64,000 nucleotides of DNA from a virus (IMGVR_UViG_3300002834_000024:210787-274786); one strand, 5' to 3'; positions 27,072 through 38,101 are shown, numbered from the stretch's first letter. A program made the numbers and translations. The notes: generated by a model from the sequence alone, not told the origin.

Positions 27072-27833
27072 ATGGCAATAGATTATGCTGATGTAGTACG
27101 TTCTGTTTCAGAAGATCAGAATGAGATATTATTTAACATTTTAAAACTATATAACAATGGACAGGATTTTGATGCCGATCCAACCTATTCAAAAGGTGGA
27201 TACTATAACAAATCAAAAGAATGGATTGTTAATTCCCCAAAATATAAATTTGATGTATTCCCCGAAAAAGGGATAGATGGTGTTATCCAAATTGAACCTT
27301 TAGGAAAGTGGCCCCTTGAAACAAACAGTATCAATGCAATTAATGTAGATTTGCCATTTGTTATAACAGTTGGACCTGCAATGAAAAAAGAACAAGTTGA
27401 GGGTGAACCAAAAAATTGTGTTATAGCACGTAGGTTTTCTGGTTACTACCCAGCACCAGAACTTTTTCGTTCATACTATTGGTTTCTTCGTGAATGTTTT
27501 CGTGTATTAAAACCAGGTGGTATTTGTGTATGGAAAACTCAAAGAACAATCAGTGGTTCAAAAACACTTATGACACCTGAAATGTCATGGAGATTTGCTG
27601 ATGATATGGGATTTTATACACTTGACCGTTTTACATTGGTAGCCAAAAACAGATTATGGTCTGGGCAAGTGAAAAAACAGGAACATTCAAGAAGTTTTGA
27701 CAGTCAATTTTATGTTTTTCAAAAACCAGATGGTACGTCAAAAACAAAACAAATTGATTATTATTATTGGAAAACTGACGAATACAAAACAAAATTTGAA
27801 AAATATCAGAGTAAAGTTTTAACATCCAGTTAA
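27072..27833 (+). CDS. DNA methyltransferase-like protein
   Basis: DPTYSKGGYY, VDLPF, ECFRVLKPGG. Confidence 0.75.
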   Translation: MAIDYADVVRSVSEDQNEILFNILKLYNNGQDFDADPTYSKGGYYNKSKEWIVNSPKYKFDVFPEKGIDGVIQIEPLGKWPLETNSINAINVDLPFVITVGPAMKKEQVEGEPKNCVIARRFSGYYPAPELFRSYYWFLRECFRVLKPGGICVWKTQRTISGSKTLMTPEMSWRFADDMGFYTLDRFTLVAKNRLWSGQVKKQEHSRSFDSQFYVFQKPDGTSKTKQIDYYYWKTDEYKTKFEKYQSKVLTSS

Positions 27834-27863
27834 AACAATTTTAAATTATATTTTGTATATTTG
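27819..27863 (+). promoter_or_regulatory. TTAACATCCAG box plus TAtaTTTG promoter
   Basis: Box 27819-27829; -7 element at 27856. Confidence 0.75.
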
Positions 27864-27994
27864 TAATATTGTTTTTAGTGGAGATTTACAAATTATTGGA
27901 AATTTATTGTTGATAGCTATTGGAATTATATTCGTGAATGGACAAGCGTTGGATCAACCCACTAAGAACATTTATATTAAGTTAAAAAAAAATT

Positions 27995-28807
27995 ATGATT
28001 TATTCGCTTGAATTTAAAAATAAAAAGAAAACTCCCTTTAATTATATTGAAAAGGGATTTTCTAATGATGAGAAGTTTATTTTGAAAAAGAAATATAATT
28101 TTTCAGAGGGTATTAATGTTTTGGTTGGTTGTAATGGTTCTGGTAAATCCACATTATTAAATCTCATAAAACATTATACTTTGTGTGGTAAAAGTTTTTC
28201 GAGTGATGCAGGTATTACTTCCAATATGGAGTTTCAACAGTATTTTAATTTTACCACTAAAAAGGAATCATTACTTGATGGTGTTGTTATTACAGCAGAT
28301 TATACAAACACATTTTACAATTTAAGATTCATTGATAATTTAAAATCACATAATATTCTTGAAAAGTTTTTAAATGTTGGTCAATATTTGAATAATCAAA
28401 GTTTAAGCGATGGTGAAAAAAATGTTGCTGCTATTAGACTTATGTTAGATGAAATGTTCAGTGGTAAAAATGATGGAAAATTTCCAGTAGATCAAATCAA
28501 GAAAAATAAAGATAATACAAATGATGTTTGGCAAAACAGATGTGAATTACTATTGGGGTATTATGAAAAAAACCATAAAGATGGTAACAAGTATACAGTA
28601 ATTATGGACGAACCAGACAGAAATCTTGATTTATATAATTCAAAACAGATTTACGGTTTTTTGTCAAAAGAGAGAGAAGATACACAGATTATTGCAGCAA
28701 TTCATAACCCCACAATGATTTATAAATTATCTCAACTTGAACATGTAAATATTATTGAATTAACAGATGGATATGTTGAAGATATTGTCGAATTTATTGA
28801 AAGTTAA
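27995..28807 (+). CDS. ABC-type/AAA ATPase
   Basis: GCNGSGKST, LSDGE, IMDEPD, IH. Confidence 0.85.
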   Translation: MIYSLEFKNKKKTPFNYIEKGFSNDEKFILKKKYNFSEGINVLVGCNGSGKSTLLNLIKHYTLCGKSFSSDAGITSNMEFQQYFNFTTKKESLLDGVVITADYTNTFYNLRFIDNLKSHNILEKFLNVGQYLNNQSLSDGEKNVAAIRLMLDEMFSGKNDGKFPVDQIKKNKDNTNDVWQNRCELLLGYYEKNHKDGNKYTVIMDEPDRNLDLYNSKQIYGFLSKEREDTQIIAAIHNPTMIYKLSQLEHVNIIELTDGYVEDIVEFIES

Positions 28808-29131
28808 ATTATGAGAACAATAATATTCATTTGCACAGTAATGTTATGTGATACATTATATAAAATTAATAATGTTCAATCACAAATAGATGATGAAACA
28901 ATTAGCTATTTAGCAGTAATATTTTGGTTCTATTGTGTGGTATTTGATGTTATTGAACTTTTTAAAAAAAATAAAATAAATATCAAAAAAGAAACTGATT
29001 AATAGATGAAATAAAAGAATATCTTTCTGGTAAATTTTATGGAAATGTTGAAGATACATGTCCATTATGTTTTACACCTATAAGAAAGACAATACAATTA
29101 TCAACATTATTAGAAAGTTAAAATAAAATGT

Positions 29132-30004
29132 ATGTTAAAAAAGAAAGAACTAATCAAAAAGACAAAGAATAAAAGGGTGTTACATTACTATGCAAATGAT
29201 AATACCTTTTCTAAAATAAATTCAGATAGTCCAATTCTGAATGAGATTATTTGTGATGATTCATTAAAGGTATTGAAAACATTACCTGATAATTGTATTG
29301 ATTTAACATTAACCTCGCCCCCCTATAATTTCAATCGGGAATATAGTGAGTATGATGATCTTCAAACCAATGAAGAATATTTTGAAAAACTGTTTGAAAT
29401 CCTTAAAGAAGTATGTCGGGTAACAAAATATGGGGGTAGAGTTATTGTCAATATTATGCCATTATTTTCCGATTTCATTCCAAGTCATTTTATGATTGGA
29501 AATTTCTTTATGCAACAGAAATTTATATGGCGTGATGAAATTATATGGAATAAGAATAATCGTAATTGTTCATATTCGGCTTGGGGGTCGTATAGATCGA
29601 GCTCAAGCCCTTATATGAAGAAATTACATGAATATATTTTGGTATTTGCTAAAGGCTCAATTAAACATGATATACCAAACCACGAATATCAGGATGATAT
29701 GCAGAAACTTGAATTTTCCGAATGGGTAAAGACAGGTACTTGGAGTATGGCCCCTGAAACAAGACAAAAGGATTATGGTCATCCAGCAATGTTTCCAGAG
29801 GAACTGGCTTATCGTTGTTTGAAGTTATTCAGTGGTAGGGGTGATACCATATTAGATCCATTCAATGGTGCTGGGACAACCACAAAAATGGCTTATCAAA
29901 CAAATAGAAATTACATAGGAATTGATATTGATGAAAACTATTGTAAAACAGCAAGAGAAAGAATTGAAAATACAGAAATTGAAAATTTTATATTAACAAC
30001 ATAA
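29132..30004 (+). CDS. DNA N4/N6 methyltransferase (beta class)
   Basis: TSPPY, HPAMFP, ILDPFNGAGTT. Confidence 0.9.
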   Translation: MLKKKELIKKTKNKRVLHYYANDNTFSKINSDSPILNEIICDDSLKVLKTLPDNCIDLTLTSPPYNFNREYSEYDDLQTNEEYFEKLFEILKEVCRVTKYGGRVIVNIMPLFSDFIPSHFMIGNFFMQQKFIWRDEIIWNKNNRNCSYSAWGSYRSSSSPYMKKLHEYILVFAKGSIKHDIPNHEYQDDMQKLEFSEWVKTGTWSMAPETRQKDYGHPAMFPEELAYRCLKLFSGRGDTILDPFNGAGTTTKMAYQTNRNYIGIDIDENYCKTARERIENTEIENFILTT

Positions 30005-30178
30005 GAATTATGAGTACATACATTTTACAACCAGATGAAGATAGTGATGTTGATCCTATTGAAATAGATGTAGTTCTTGAAAGTGAAGCGATTTTAAGAG
30101 CAAAGGAAATAAAAGATGAATATGAGTGTGAATACGTTGATATTTTTAAGAAAACTTTTATAAAAGAAGTATAATATT

Positions 30179-30439
30179 ATGAAACAAGAAAAATTAATTT
30201 GTCCATTTTGTGGAAATGAAGTGGAAATTAGGGTATGTGATAGTGAAGGTAATGACAGAACTGATGAACAAGAATACATAAATGAACCGTATTCTGGAAT
30301 AGGATATTATTTATCACATTCGTTTATATCAGAGGAATTTGTTTGTCCAATCCAAACACATGAAGAAGAATTTTTAGGTTGTCATATCTATGACTCAATC
30401 GAAGAAATTTATGAGAAATGGAATAAACGTGCTGTATAA
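30179..30439 (+). CDS. Lar-like zinc-finger protein
   Basis: CPFCG...WNKRA. Confidence 0.55.
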   Translation: MKQEKLICPFCGNEVEIRVCDSEGNDRTDEQEYINEPYSGIGYYLSHSFISEEFVCPIQTHEEEFLGCHIYDSIEEIYEKWNKRAV

Positions 30440-30459
30440 CTATTAAAGACATATAAATT

Positions 30460-31272
30460 ATGGAAACGAATAAACTTTTATCAGTAAAAAATGAGATAAT
30501 ATTTAATGTATCACAAAAAATTCTTTTTGATTGCCAAAGGAAATCAATTGATGTTCTTTTATTTGGTGGTGCTTCATTATTATTTTTGCCTGGTTATGAA
30601 ATTGATTTTATAACAGAAAATCGTGGTGATATTAATGATATAGATTTAGTTGTTAATCCAAAAGATGTTGCAAGATTGAAATATTATCTTGTGGTAAATG
30701 GTTTTAAACCTGATATTAACTTCAATTTTCAACATGGAAATAAACGCATATGTTATTATCGGGAAGAAGATAATCTTTCAATTGATGTTTTTATTGGTGA
30801 TATTCTTTTATGTCAAAAAATTGAAACTATCCATAGGTTTAGATATGATAAATTGATATTAGCGCCAATGATTTTGTTTTTAACCAAAATTCAAAAATTA
30901 AAATTATCTGATAAAGATATTTTTGATATTAATCTAATATTAAAACATATAGATTTATGTGATTTTAGATTTGTAATTGAATTATGTTCTAAAAATTGGA
31001 GATGGTATAAAACTATAATTACAAATATCTTTTATTTATTAAAGGAAAAACGCATTACAGATAAAAAATATGCAATTGTATTGGAGGATGTGGCTGATAA
31101 AATTTTAGTATCCAGGAAAACCATATGTTGGAATATTAGAAAGTTTTTTGGTGGCCAGTGGTACAATGATGTTGAAGAACGTAAAAATCCCGATTGGAAT
31201 GAAACAAATACAACATCAGATAATTATATAAGAAACAAACCAGTAATAAACAACGATAATAAAACTGATTAA
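30460..31272 (+). CDS. Nucleotidyltransferase-fold protein
   Basis: LFGG...DIDLVV...IDVF. Confidence 0.7.
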   Translation: METNKLLSVKNEIIFNVSQKILFDCQRKSIDVLLFGGASLLFLPGYEIDFITENRGDINDIDLVVNPKDVARLKYYLVVNGFKPDINFNFQHGNKRICYYREEDNLSIDVFIGDILLCQKIETIHRFRYDKLILAPMILFLTKIQKLKLSDKDIFDINLILKHIDLCDFRFVIELCSKNWRWYKTIITNIFYLLKEKRITDKKYAIVLEDVADKILVSRKTICWNIRKFFGGQWYNDVEERKNPDWNETNTTSDNYIRNKPVINNDNKTD

Positions 31273-31274
31273 TT

Positions 31275-32351
31275 ATGAATAATAGTGTTTATAAGGAACT
31301 TGCAGCGATTAACAACCCAATGCTTAATTTAATTAAACCACATGAAATTAAAAAAAGACTTGATGAATATGTTATTGGTAATGAAGATGTGAAAAAAACA
31401 TTATCCACAACATTATACAATCATTATAAGAAAATATCTTACAGGGGCGAAATAGAATTAGATAAAAGTAATCTTGTTTTACTTGGTCCAACTGGTTCTG
31501 GTAAAACATTTCTTATTAAAACAATAGCAAACATATTAAATGTCCCTTATTATATTGCCGACTGTACAACCTTAACAGAATCAGGTTATGTTGGTTCAGA
31601 TGTTGAAACAGTTTTAGATGGTTTATTAGAAAAGGCTGAAGGTAATATTCAATTAGCACAAATGGGAATTATTTGTCTTGATGAACTTGATAAGATAGGT
31701 AGAAAATCAGAGAATGTATCTATTACACGTGATGTTAGTGGTGAGGGTGTTCAACAAGCATTATTAAGAATGTTGGAAAGTAGTGTTGTTCGCATACAAC
31801 CTGGTCAGAAAAGACAACACCCCGAAAAGCCTTATATCAATTTTGATACACGAAATGTTTTATTTATCGGAATGGGGGCTTTTGAGGGTATTGAACAAAA
31901 AATTAAAAAACGATTGAACCTTACCAGAATTGGTTATGCTTCTCATACAGATGATACATCTAAAAAAATTGATGAAAAAAATCTTTTGAGTGAAGTTACA
32001 ACAGATGATTTAAAATCATTTGGATTAATTCCTGAATTGATCGGTAGGATGCCAATAATCACAGCAACCGAGCATTTAAGTGAAGAAGCACTAATCAATA
32101 TCATAACAAAACCAAAGAACGCCATTTTAAAGCAATATAAGGAGTTGTTTTTAATGGATGGGTGTACTTTATCATTTACCAATGAAGCGTTGATAGCAGT
32201 GGCTAAAAAGGCTATTAAATTAAAGACTGGAGCCAGGTCTTTAAGAACCATTTTGGAAAAGGTTTTACAAGGTTATATGTATGATATTCCAAAGACAAAA
32301 GTAAAAAAATTAGAAATTACTGAAGAAATTGTTAATTCTATTATAAATTAA
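31275..32351 (+). CDS. clpX: ClpX-like AAA+ ATPase lacking the N-terminal zinc domain
   Basis: GPTGSGKT, GYVGSDVE, DELDK, RDVSGEGVQQALL, GARSLR. Confidence 0.9.
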   Translation: MNNSVYKELAAINNPMLNLIKPHEIKKRLDEYVIGNEDVKKTLSTTLYNHYKKISYRGEIELDKSNLVLLGPTGSGKTFLIKTIANILNVPYYIADCTTLTESGYVGSDVETVLDGLLEKAEGNIQLAQMGIICLDELDKIGRKSENVSITRDVSGEGVQQALLRMLESSVVRIQPGQKRQHPEKPYINFDTRNVLFIGMGAFEGIEQKIKKRLNLTRIGYASHTDDTSKKIDEKNLLSEVTTDDLKSFGLIPELIGRMPIITATEHLSEEALINIITKPKNAILKQYKELFLMDGCTLSFTNEALIAVAKKAIKLKTGARSLRTILEKVLQGYMYDIPKTKVKKLEITEEIVNSIIN

Positions 32352-32580
32352 TATATTTCCAACGAATAAAATATTTTTATGTGAAAACAGATTTAGGAAC
32401 ATTAGAATTTGATGTTATTACAGATGAAAAATTTGATGAATTTCATAAAGTAGTCATTCCAGCTCATATTGTAACAAGTCCAATAATTAATTATTGTAGA
32501 CAACATTTTAATTGGAATAAAGATAAAGTTGTCCCAGAGTTTTGTAAGGGTGAATTGATATTTAAAATGGTAAAATAATC

Positions 32581-33357
32581 ATGGGTGAAGATGTTAAGAA
32601 AATACATACTCCATTTGAACTTTTTTATACAGAGGGTTTAAGTGATGTGTCTGGTTGGGCTGGTTTAGTTCGGATATTCTTACATAAAGTAAAAAAATTC
32701 AATGAGAATAAACCAGAAAATGAACAAGCACTGATTACCCAAATTAAAGAAAAATGGGGTTCATTATGTTTATATTCATACTTACCAAAAGAACTTGATG
32801 ATTATAGGCAAATGGCTGAACATGCCAGTAACCATATTTGTGAACACTGTGGGAGTCCATTTCATGTTGGTAAATATCAAGGTGGATGGATAGAAACAGT
32901 TTGTGAAACATGTGCAAAGAATGAAAACAAATATGAACCAAATTATCATTATCATTTTACAAGTGGTAAAAAGGATACTGATGAATATCAAACTTATGAT
33001 ATATATTCAGGTGAAAAAAACAACTTAAAAGCTTGGGAAAAATTAATTGAAAGATTACAAATTAAACATCCATCACCTAATGATTTATCAATATGTAAAA
33101 CAATTAATCGTGGTGTTACATGTTGTAATAAAGAAATTGCTTGTATATCAGGTAAAGTTTATCGGCTTGAATATGTCGAAAAGTATGATTTATGGAAAGA
33201 ATATAATCATTCTGTAAAAATGGATTGTGTAATAAGATTTGCTTTGAAAGTACAAAAAATCAAAGATAAAATCGAAAAAAAATATTCTTATATTTCTTAC
33301 AAATATTGGAAAATCAAACGTTATTTTATTCTAAAATATAAAACTCTATGGGATTAA
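32581..33357 (+). CDS. Phage protein with QIKEKWG motif and zinc finger
   Basis: QIKEKWGSL...CEHCG...GWI.T.C..C. Confidence 0.6.
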   Translation: MGEDVKKIHTPFELFYTEGLSDVSGWAGLVRIFLHKVKKFNENKPENEQALITQIKEKWGSLCLYSYLPKELDDYRQMAEHASNHICEHCGSPFHVGKYQGGWIETVCETCAKNENKYEPNYHYHFTSGKKDTDEYQTYDIYSGEKNNLKAWEKLIERLQIKHPSPNDLSICKTINRGVTCCNKEIACISGKVYRLEYVEKYDLWKEYNHSVKMDCVIRFALKVQKIKDKIEKKYSYISYKYWKIKRYFILKYKTLWD

Positions 33358-33549
33358 TGTATACAGATTTTTCAGGAAATAAATATAAGATTCCAACCAT
33401 GCCAGAGGTTAATAATAGAATTACTGAAAGAAATGAAGATCTTGAAAAAAGAGTGGCAATATTGGAAAAACAATTAAATATATTTCAAAATCAAGTTTTA
33501 ATTTTGAGAGAACCTTATATAATTGATAATTAAATAAAAATATGTACTT

Positions 33550-33894
33550 ATGACGAATGAAGAAATTTTACAAAAATTAATAAACAATGGATTACCATTG
33601 GAAATCATAGAAAATGTTAAATTGTTTGATGTATGTGATACAACAAGCGGAAATGTAGTATTTGATTTCCTTTTTTATGGATCAGATGCACGAGTTCAAT
33701 ATAGTATATTATGGAAAGATAGTTCTGATGAAAATTATAAAGGGACTTATGAATTTATGTATTCTGAAATTGAAGATGAAAATTTGAGTGAAACTTTTGA
33801 CGATTTTTGTGAAACAAATCTGGATTTGTTAATTGATATTAATGATTATTTACATGAAAGTGATGTACCAGATTTTGCTTTTCCACAATTATAA
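33550..33894 (+). CDS. Acidic hypothetical protein
   Basis: D/E-rich 114 aa. Confidence 0.5.
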   Translation: MTNEEILQKLINNGLPLEIIENVKLFDVCDTTSGNVVFDFLFYGSDARVQYSILWKDSSDENYKGTYEFMYSEIEDENLSETFDDFCETNLDLLIDINDYLHESDVPDFAFPQL

Positions 33895-33909
33895 AATTTT
33901 AGATAGATT

Positions 33910-34203
33910 ATGAAAATAGTAAAAATTAGTGCTGAATGGTGTGGTCCTTGTAAAGTTCTTGCCCCCATTTTTGAAGAATTGAAAAATGAATTAGAATCTG
34001 AAAATTTGACATTTGAAGTTGTTACTGAAGATGATAAACGTTTTTCAGAAATTTCATCAAAATTTGGAATAAGAAGTATTCCAACAGTTTTAATCATGGA
34101 TGATTATGATATAACTCTTTATTCAAGAATAACTGGTTTGAAAACAAAAGATGAATACAAGAATACAATTCTTGATATAGTTAGAGAACATGGGAGTATT
34201 TAG
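33910..34203 (+). CDS. Thioredoxin
   Basis: WCGPC, SIPT. Confidence 0.9.
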   Translation: MKIVKISAEWCGPCKVLAPIFEELKNELESENLTFEVVTEDDKRFSEISSKFGIRSIPTVLIMDDYDITLYSRITGLKTKDEYKNTILDIVREHGSI

Positions 34204-34307
34204 AAATAGAGGATCAATAATAGCCATTGATAATTTTGATATGGCAGTGTTTTATATTCTTGTAATTGGTTGTTGTGTGTTAATGTATTTTGCTTATTTT
34301 AAATAAC

Positions 34308-34538
34308 ATGAAAGATAAATTAAAAAATCTCTATACTAATAATTTTGAAGATTTTATTAAATTATTGAAATTATTTTATGGGGTTGATGATGTGATGGCT
34401 GTATTACAAGATTACTATAAGAAAAATGATTTTTATTTTATTATAGATGGTAGGTTACTTAATTTTGAAACAGTTGTTGAAGATATGAGTGAAATAGCAA
34501 AGAATTTAAAATTATTCAAACAGTTTAAACTGATGTAA
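34308..34538 (+). CDS. Hypothetical protein
   Basis: ORF ending at the bidirectional hairpin. Confidence 0.45.
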   Translation: MKDKLKNLYTNNFEDFIKLLKLFYGVDDVMAVLQDYYKKNDFYFIIDGRLLNFETVVEDMSEIAKNLKLFKQFKLM

Positions 34539-34721
34539 AACAAAGCATCCCAAATCATTTTTCCATGACTGGGATGCTTTTCTGTTGTACTTCCTTTTGT
34601 TTTTGTGGGGTCTATTAACAGCGACCCACCCATCTCTTACTTCAAAGGCGGCATCACGAGAGCCTTTTCTAATAGCCTTTAAAAAGTCCTCTTGTTTGAT
34701 TGTACCAATAATAGTTTTCAT
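34512..34721 (-). CDS. Small basic protein, ArfA/BrfA-like ribosome-rescue factor candidate
   Basis: Own box-plus-TAtcTTTG promoter; HKNKRKYNRK motif; terminator hairpin inside the 3' coding region. Confidence 0.55.
   Translation of the reverse strand: MKTIIGTIKQEDFLKAIRKGSRDAAFEVRDGWVAVNRPHKNKRKYNRKASQSWKNDLGCFVLHQFKLFE
34535..34586. terminator. Bidirectional intrinsic terminator
   Basis: AAAGCATCCCA/TGGGATGCTTT stem (34542-34580), T-rich on both sides. Confidence 0.8.
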
Positions 34722-34750
34722 ATTTTTAAAATTTTATATATTAATAATTG

Positions 34751-34795
34751 CAAAGATACTAAATATTACATAATATTAAATAGTCTGGATGTTAA
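34751..34795 (-). promoter_or_regulatory. TTAACATCCAG box plus TAtcTTTG promoter (minus strand)
   Basis: CTGGATGTTAA 34785-34795; CAAAGATA 34751-34758. Confidence 0.75.
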
Positions 34796-34855
34796 AAAAA
34801 CAATGACCAACTATTTATATCCACATAAGAAGATAAATAAAAACTTTATAATACA

Positions 34856-35317
34856 ATGGCAAAGAAATCAATTGTACTAGCTAGAGAAAAAAAGGCACAG
34901 CTTGAAAAAGATAAAATAGATGCAAAACGTAATGTTACTCCTGTACCTAAACCATTTATAAACATTGTTAAACCACCAGTTGTAGAACCTGTTGTTGTAG
35001 TTAAAACACCAGAGGAAATGAATGTTATGTATCAATTGGAAATTGAGCAATTAAAAGCAGAATTGGCAAGAGTTAATAAGGAAAATGCTAAGGCATTTGA
35101 AATCATCACAAGACAACGAAAAGAAATAAACAATCTTAAAGGTAAAGGTGTGATTGATGAGGAAAAGGAAAAAGATTGGATTAAGGTTGATAAAGATGCT
35201 GAAAAAGCAATGAGAGGGAGAAAACCTGTTACCATCGTTCATAGACCAATTACTGATATAAGTAGAGAGTTCTATATGGATCATGCTGGAAACGGGCCCA
35301 TAAACGCAAGAAATTAA
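34856..35317 (+). CDS. Hypothetical coiled-coil protein
   Basis: After TATTTATA 34812-34819. Confidence 0.55.
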   Translation: MAKKSIVLAREKKAQLEKDKIDAKRNVTPVPKPFINIVKPPVVEPVVVVKTPEEMNVMYQLEIEQLKAELARVNKENAKAFEIITRQRKEINNLKGKGVIDEEKEKDWIKVDKDAEKAMRGRKPVTIVHRPITDISREFYMDHAGNGPINARN

Positions 35318-35341
35318 AGATAGGTTGGATACTGTTGTGTA

Positions 35342-35758
35342 ATGAAAAAAGTTATCATATCAGAAGAACAATACAGAAAGATAAAATTACTTGAACGTAA
35401 GGGTATTTTTGATAATAACCGAGATAGTCATGTTGATAAAGATGGTTATATCTGGTGCAAAACACCAGCATTTCCTGATCATTATATGATATGTGGTAAC
35501 ATCAATGAAAGTCGAAGTAAAAGTTATGGTGGTTTAGATTGGTTAAAGAAAAATGAGATTTCACTTTCTGATGAAGAAAAGGCATATTTTAAAAAACATG
35601 GTCTTACCTGGGATAATGGAGATTTAATTATACATAAAGGGAAAAGTAAAGATGATGATAGTGAAGTTTATTTTGCTTGGACACATCGAGCTTGGGGTGT
35701 AAAACCAACTAAATCAGAAGCAATAAAGATGGGAAAATTTATTAAATCAACAAGTTAA
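35342..35758 (+). CDS. Hypothetical, probable virion protein
   Basis: KKVIISEEQY..IKLLE / INE leader pattern. Confidence 0.55.
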   Translation: MKKVIISEEQYRKIKLLERKGIFDNNRDSHVDKDGYIWCKTPAFPDHYMICGNINESRSKSYGGLDWLKKNEISLSDEEKAYFKKHGLTWDNGDLIIHKGKSKDDDSEVYFAWTHRAWGVKPTKSEAIKMGKFIKSTS

Positions 35759-35773
35759 AAATATATAATTGTT

Positions 35774-36208
35774 ATGAATAAAAATGTCAGATTAAGAATG
35801 GGTAATATGTGTTTTGAAAATATTCAAGATATATATGAAATTGTAAAATATGAACCTAATGGTTACTATGGAAAAGAAGAAGATTATGAATTAATTAAGG
35901 TTAATTCATTTAATGGAAATGAAACAGATGCTTATGCTTATACTCCAAAAGGCGAGGGCTATGGTAGTTTCATAATTGATAAATCTTGTTTTCAAAATCC
36001 TGAAAGGTGTTATGTTGTTGCATCATTTGATGTTGATGATGAGGGTGCAAATCTTGTATGGTGTGGTGAAAGACCACTTCGATTAACCAAATCAGAATGG
36101 CAAGACTTTATGGAATGTGTTAAATTTGGATATAGCCACATTGATGGTGTTGTTAATAACAATAATATATACACTTTTGATATGTCAAATATTGAAATAT
36201 CAGATTAA
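35774..36208 (+). CDS. Hypothetical protein
   Basis: 144-aa ORF. Confidence 0.5.
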   Translation: MNKNVRLRMGNMCFENIQDIYEIVKYEPNGYYGKEEDYELIKVNSFNGNETDAYAYTPKGEGYGSFIIDKSCFQNPERCYVVASFDVDDEGANLVWCGERPLRLTKSEWQDFMECVKFGYSHIDGVVNNNNIYTFDMSNIEISD

Positions 36209-36248
36209 AATAACTATATTTATAGAATATAATAATAAATTAATTAAT

Positions 36249-37958
36249 ATGAAGAAACTTTTACTCTTTTTTATAGCGTTATCTGCATCGCTCTCAATAA
36301 ATGCAGCAGTAGTGGATACTGTGAGAATCTCTCTTAAAATGCCTGTTACAGAAAAATTTGAATTAAAAGCGAGAATAGATACAACAGGACTTTTACCACT
36401 TGTTGGGGGCGTTAAGGATACTATATTTTGGTTAGGTGAAAAAACAACAAGTTATGTAAATGTATTAGATACAACATTTGTTCATCCAATGAAATCTTTG
36501 AATATAGATAATATTAATACACTTGGATTTACAAATACTGAATTTTATGTTGGTAGTTTATATATTAATCAAACTAATCACGATTTATTACACCCTTATA
36601 ATCCAGCATTTCCAATAAATCCATCACTCACAAATGGTTCGATTGATACATTATACTATTTTAAATGGTATCAATTACCATTGGCTAATTGGATTACTAA
36701 TACCACATTAAAAATATCTGGAACAACAAATAGAACACAAGTAAAAGCACTTGATGAAGGAGAAAGTTTTAAAGTTGGATTTAATTTTGGTATTAATGAA
36801 GATGATATTCAATTTGTAAAATTATATAAAAATGATGGCACGCTTTTATATACAGGTAAAACGTTAGATAGTATTCTTGTTAATTATCCAACTTATAGTG
36901 GAATTATAGATACAATTCGTTTTGAATTTGGAAACTGGGAGGATACCATAAAATACACTGTAAATACAAACCGTTTGTTTTACAGAGTTTATAAACCTTT
37001 TGATTTTACTGCAAGATATACAAACAAACAAACTGCTGATAAACCATTAGTTGGAACTAACATTGTGGTAGATGCTATCGAATTACCAATTGTCTTATAT
37101 CTTAAAGCTAGTGATTATAATCCAAGTAAAGTTTACTCTCCATCGAATAATCAATTTATATTAGGTACATCTGTAGTTTCATCTAATGTTGATACTGTAA
37201 AGATTGACAAAGAAGGTGATTATGTATTATTTTATAAAGTTGATGGAGTTTCTTATTCAAAAACATACAAAGTAACTGTTAATCAACCAACTGCATATTC
37301 ATTAACAGTCGTAGATGGAAAAATTTTATCACCTATTGGTGGAAGTTATGTACCAGGTACAGATGTAAAAGTAGCAGCTGATAAAGCACCTGATGGATAT
37401 TACTTTGATAAATGGACGGAAAGTTATAATTTAGATTTTGAAGCATATAAAGATACGATTACTTATAAAATGCCCGCTGGAAATGTCGTTTTAACTGCTA
37501 ACTATTGTGAATTACCGATTTATACATTCAATGGTAATTTAATTAAAGATAGTATTTTAACAATTCACAGTGCTTTTGATGTCAACAAACTATTTGTTAA
37601 TGGACAACCTGTTGTTAAAATTAACCAGATGATACAAGATTCAATCGCATGTTTTTCAACACCAGATGTTTTCAATGTTGTTGATACATTTACAAATGCT
37701 TGTGGAAAAGTATTTATTACTCCGTTTAAAGTAACCGTTTCAACCATATATTTAGGCATTGATCCAATCGCTGTTGGAAGTGTGTATGCAAGTAACGGAC
37801 AAGTAGTAATCGCTCTTAATAACGTATTTGATGTTAAAATATACAATATATTCGGTTCATTGGTATATAGTGCAAAAACACAAAACGAAATCATAAATCT
37901 TTCACATGGTGTATATATCGTGGTTGTGGGGGGTAACAAATACAAGATTATGATATAA
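36249..37958 (+). CDS. Secreted beta-rich protein with InlB-B-like repeat and T9SS-like C-terminal domain
   Basis: Signal peptide MKKLLLFF; GYYFDKW..MPAGNVVLTANY; C-terminal VKIYNIFGSLV...LSHGVYIVVVGGNKYKIMI. Confidence 0.7.
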   Translation: MKKLLLFFIALSASLSINAAVVDTVRISLKMPVTEKFELKARIDTTGLLPLVGGVKDTIFWLGEKTTSYVNVLDTTFVHPMKSLNIDNINTLGFTNTEFYVGSLYINQTNHDLLHPYNPAFPINPSLTNGSIDTLYYFKWYQLPLANWITNTTLKISGTTNRTQVKALDEGESFKVGFNFGINEDDIQFVKLYKNDGTLLYTGKTLDSILVNYPTYSGIIDTIRFEFGNWEDTIKYTVNTNRLFYRVYKPFDFTARYTNKQTADKPLVGTNIVVDAIELPIVLYLKASDYNPSKVYSPSNNQFILGTSVVSSNVDTVKIDKEGDYVLFYKVDGVSYSKTYKVTVNQPTAYSLTVVDGKILSPIGGSYVPGTDVKVAADKAPDGYYFDKWTESYNLDFEAYKDTITYKMPAGNVVLTANYCELPIYTFNGNLIKDSILTIHSAFDVNKLFVNGQPVVKINQMIQDSIACFSTPDVFNVVDTFTNACGKVFITPFKVTVSTIYLGIDPIAVGSVYASNGQVVIALNNVFDVKIYNIFGSLVYSAKTQNEIINLSHGVYIVVVGGNKYKIMI

Positions 37959-37991
37959 TAGTCTCTCTCTTTTTTTCATAATAATCTCCCC

Positions 37992-38033
37992 GAAAAGGCA
38001 TTTATCTTAATTGGTAGATGCCTTTTCACTTTT
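37992..38033 (+). terminator. Intrinsic terminator
   Basis: GAAAAGGCATTTATC/GGTAGATGCCTTTTC. Confidence 0.75.
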
Positions 38034-38101
38034 CTGGATGTTAAAATTTGTTAAAAAATGTTAAAATTATTATATTTGCTATATAATAATTAATATTTAA
38101 T

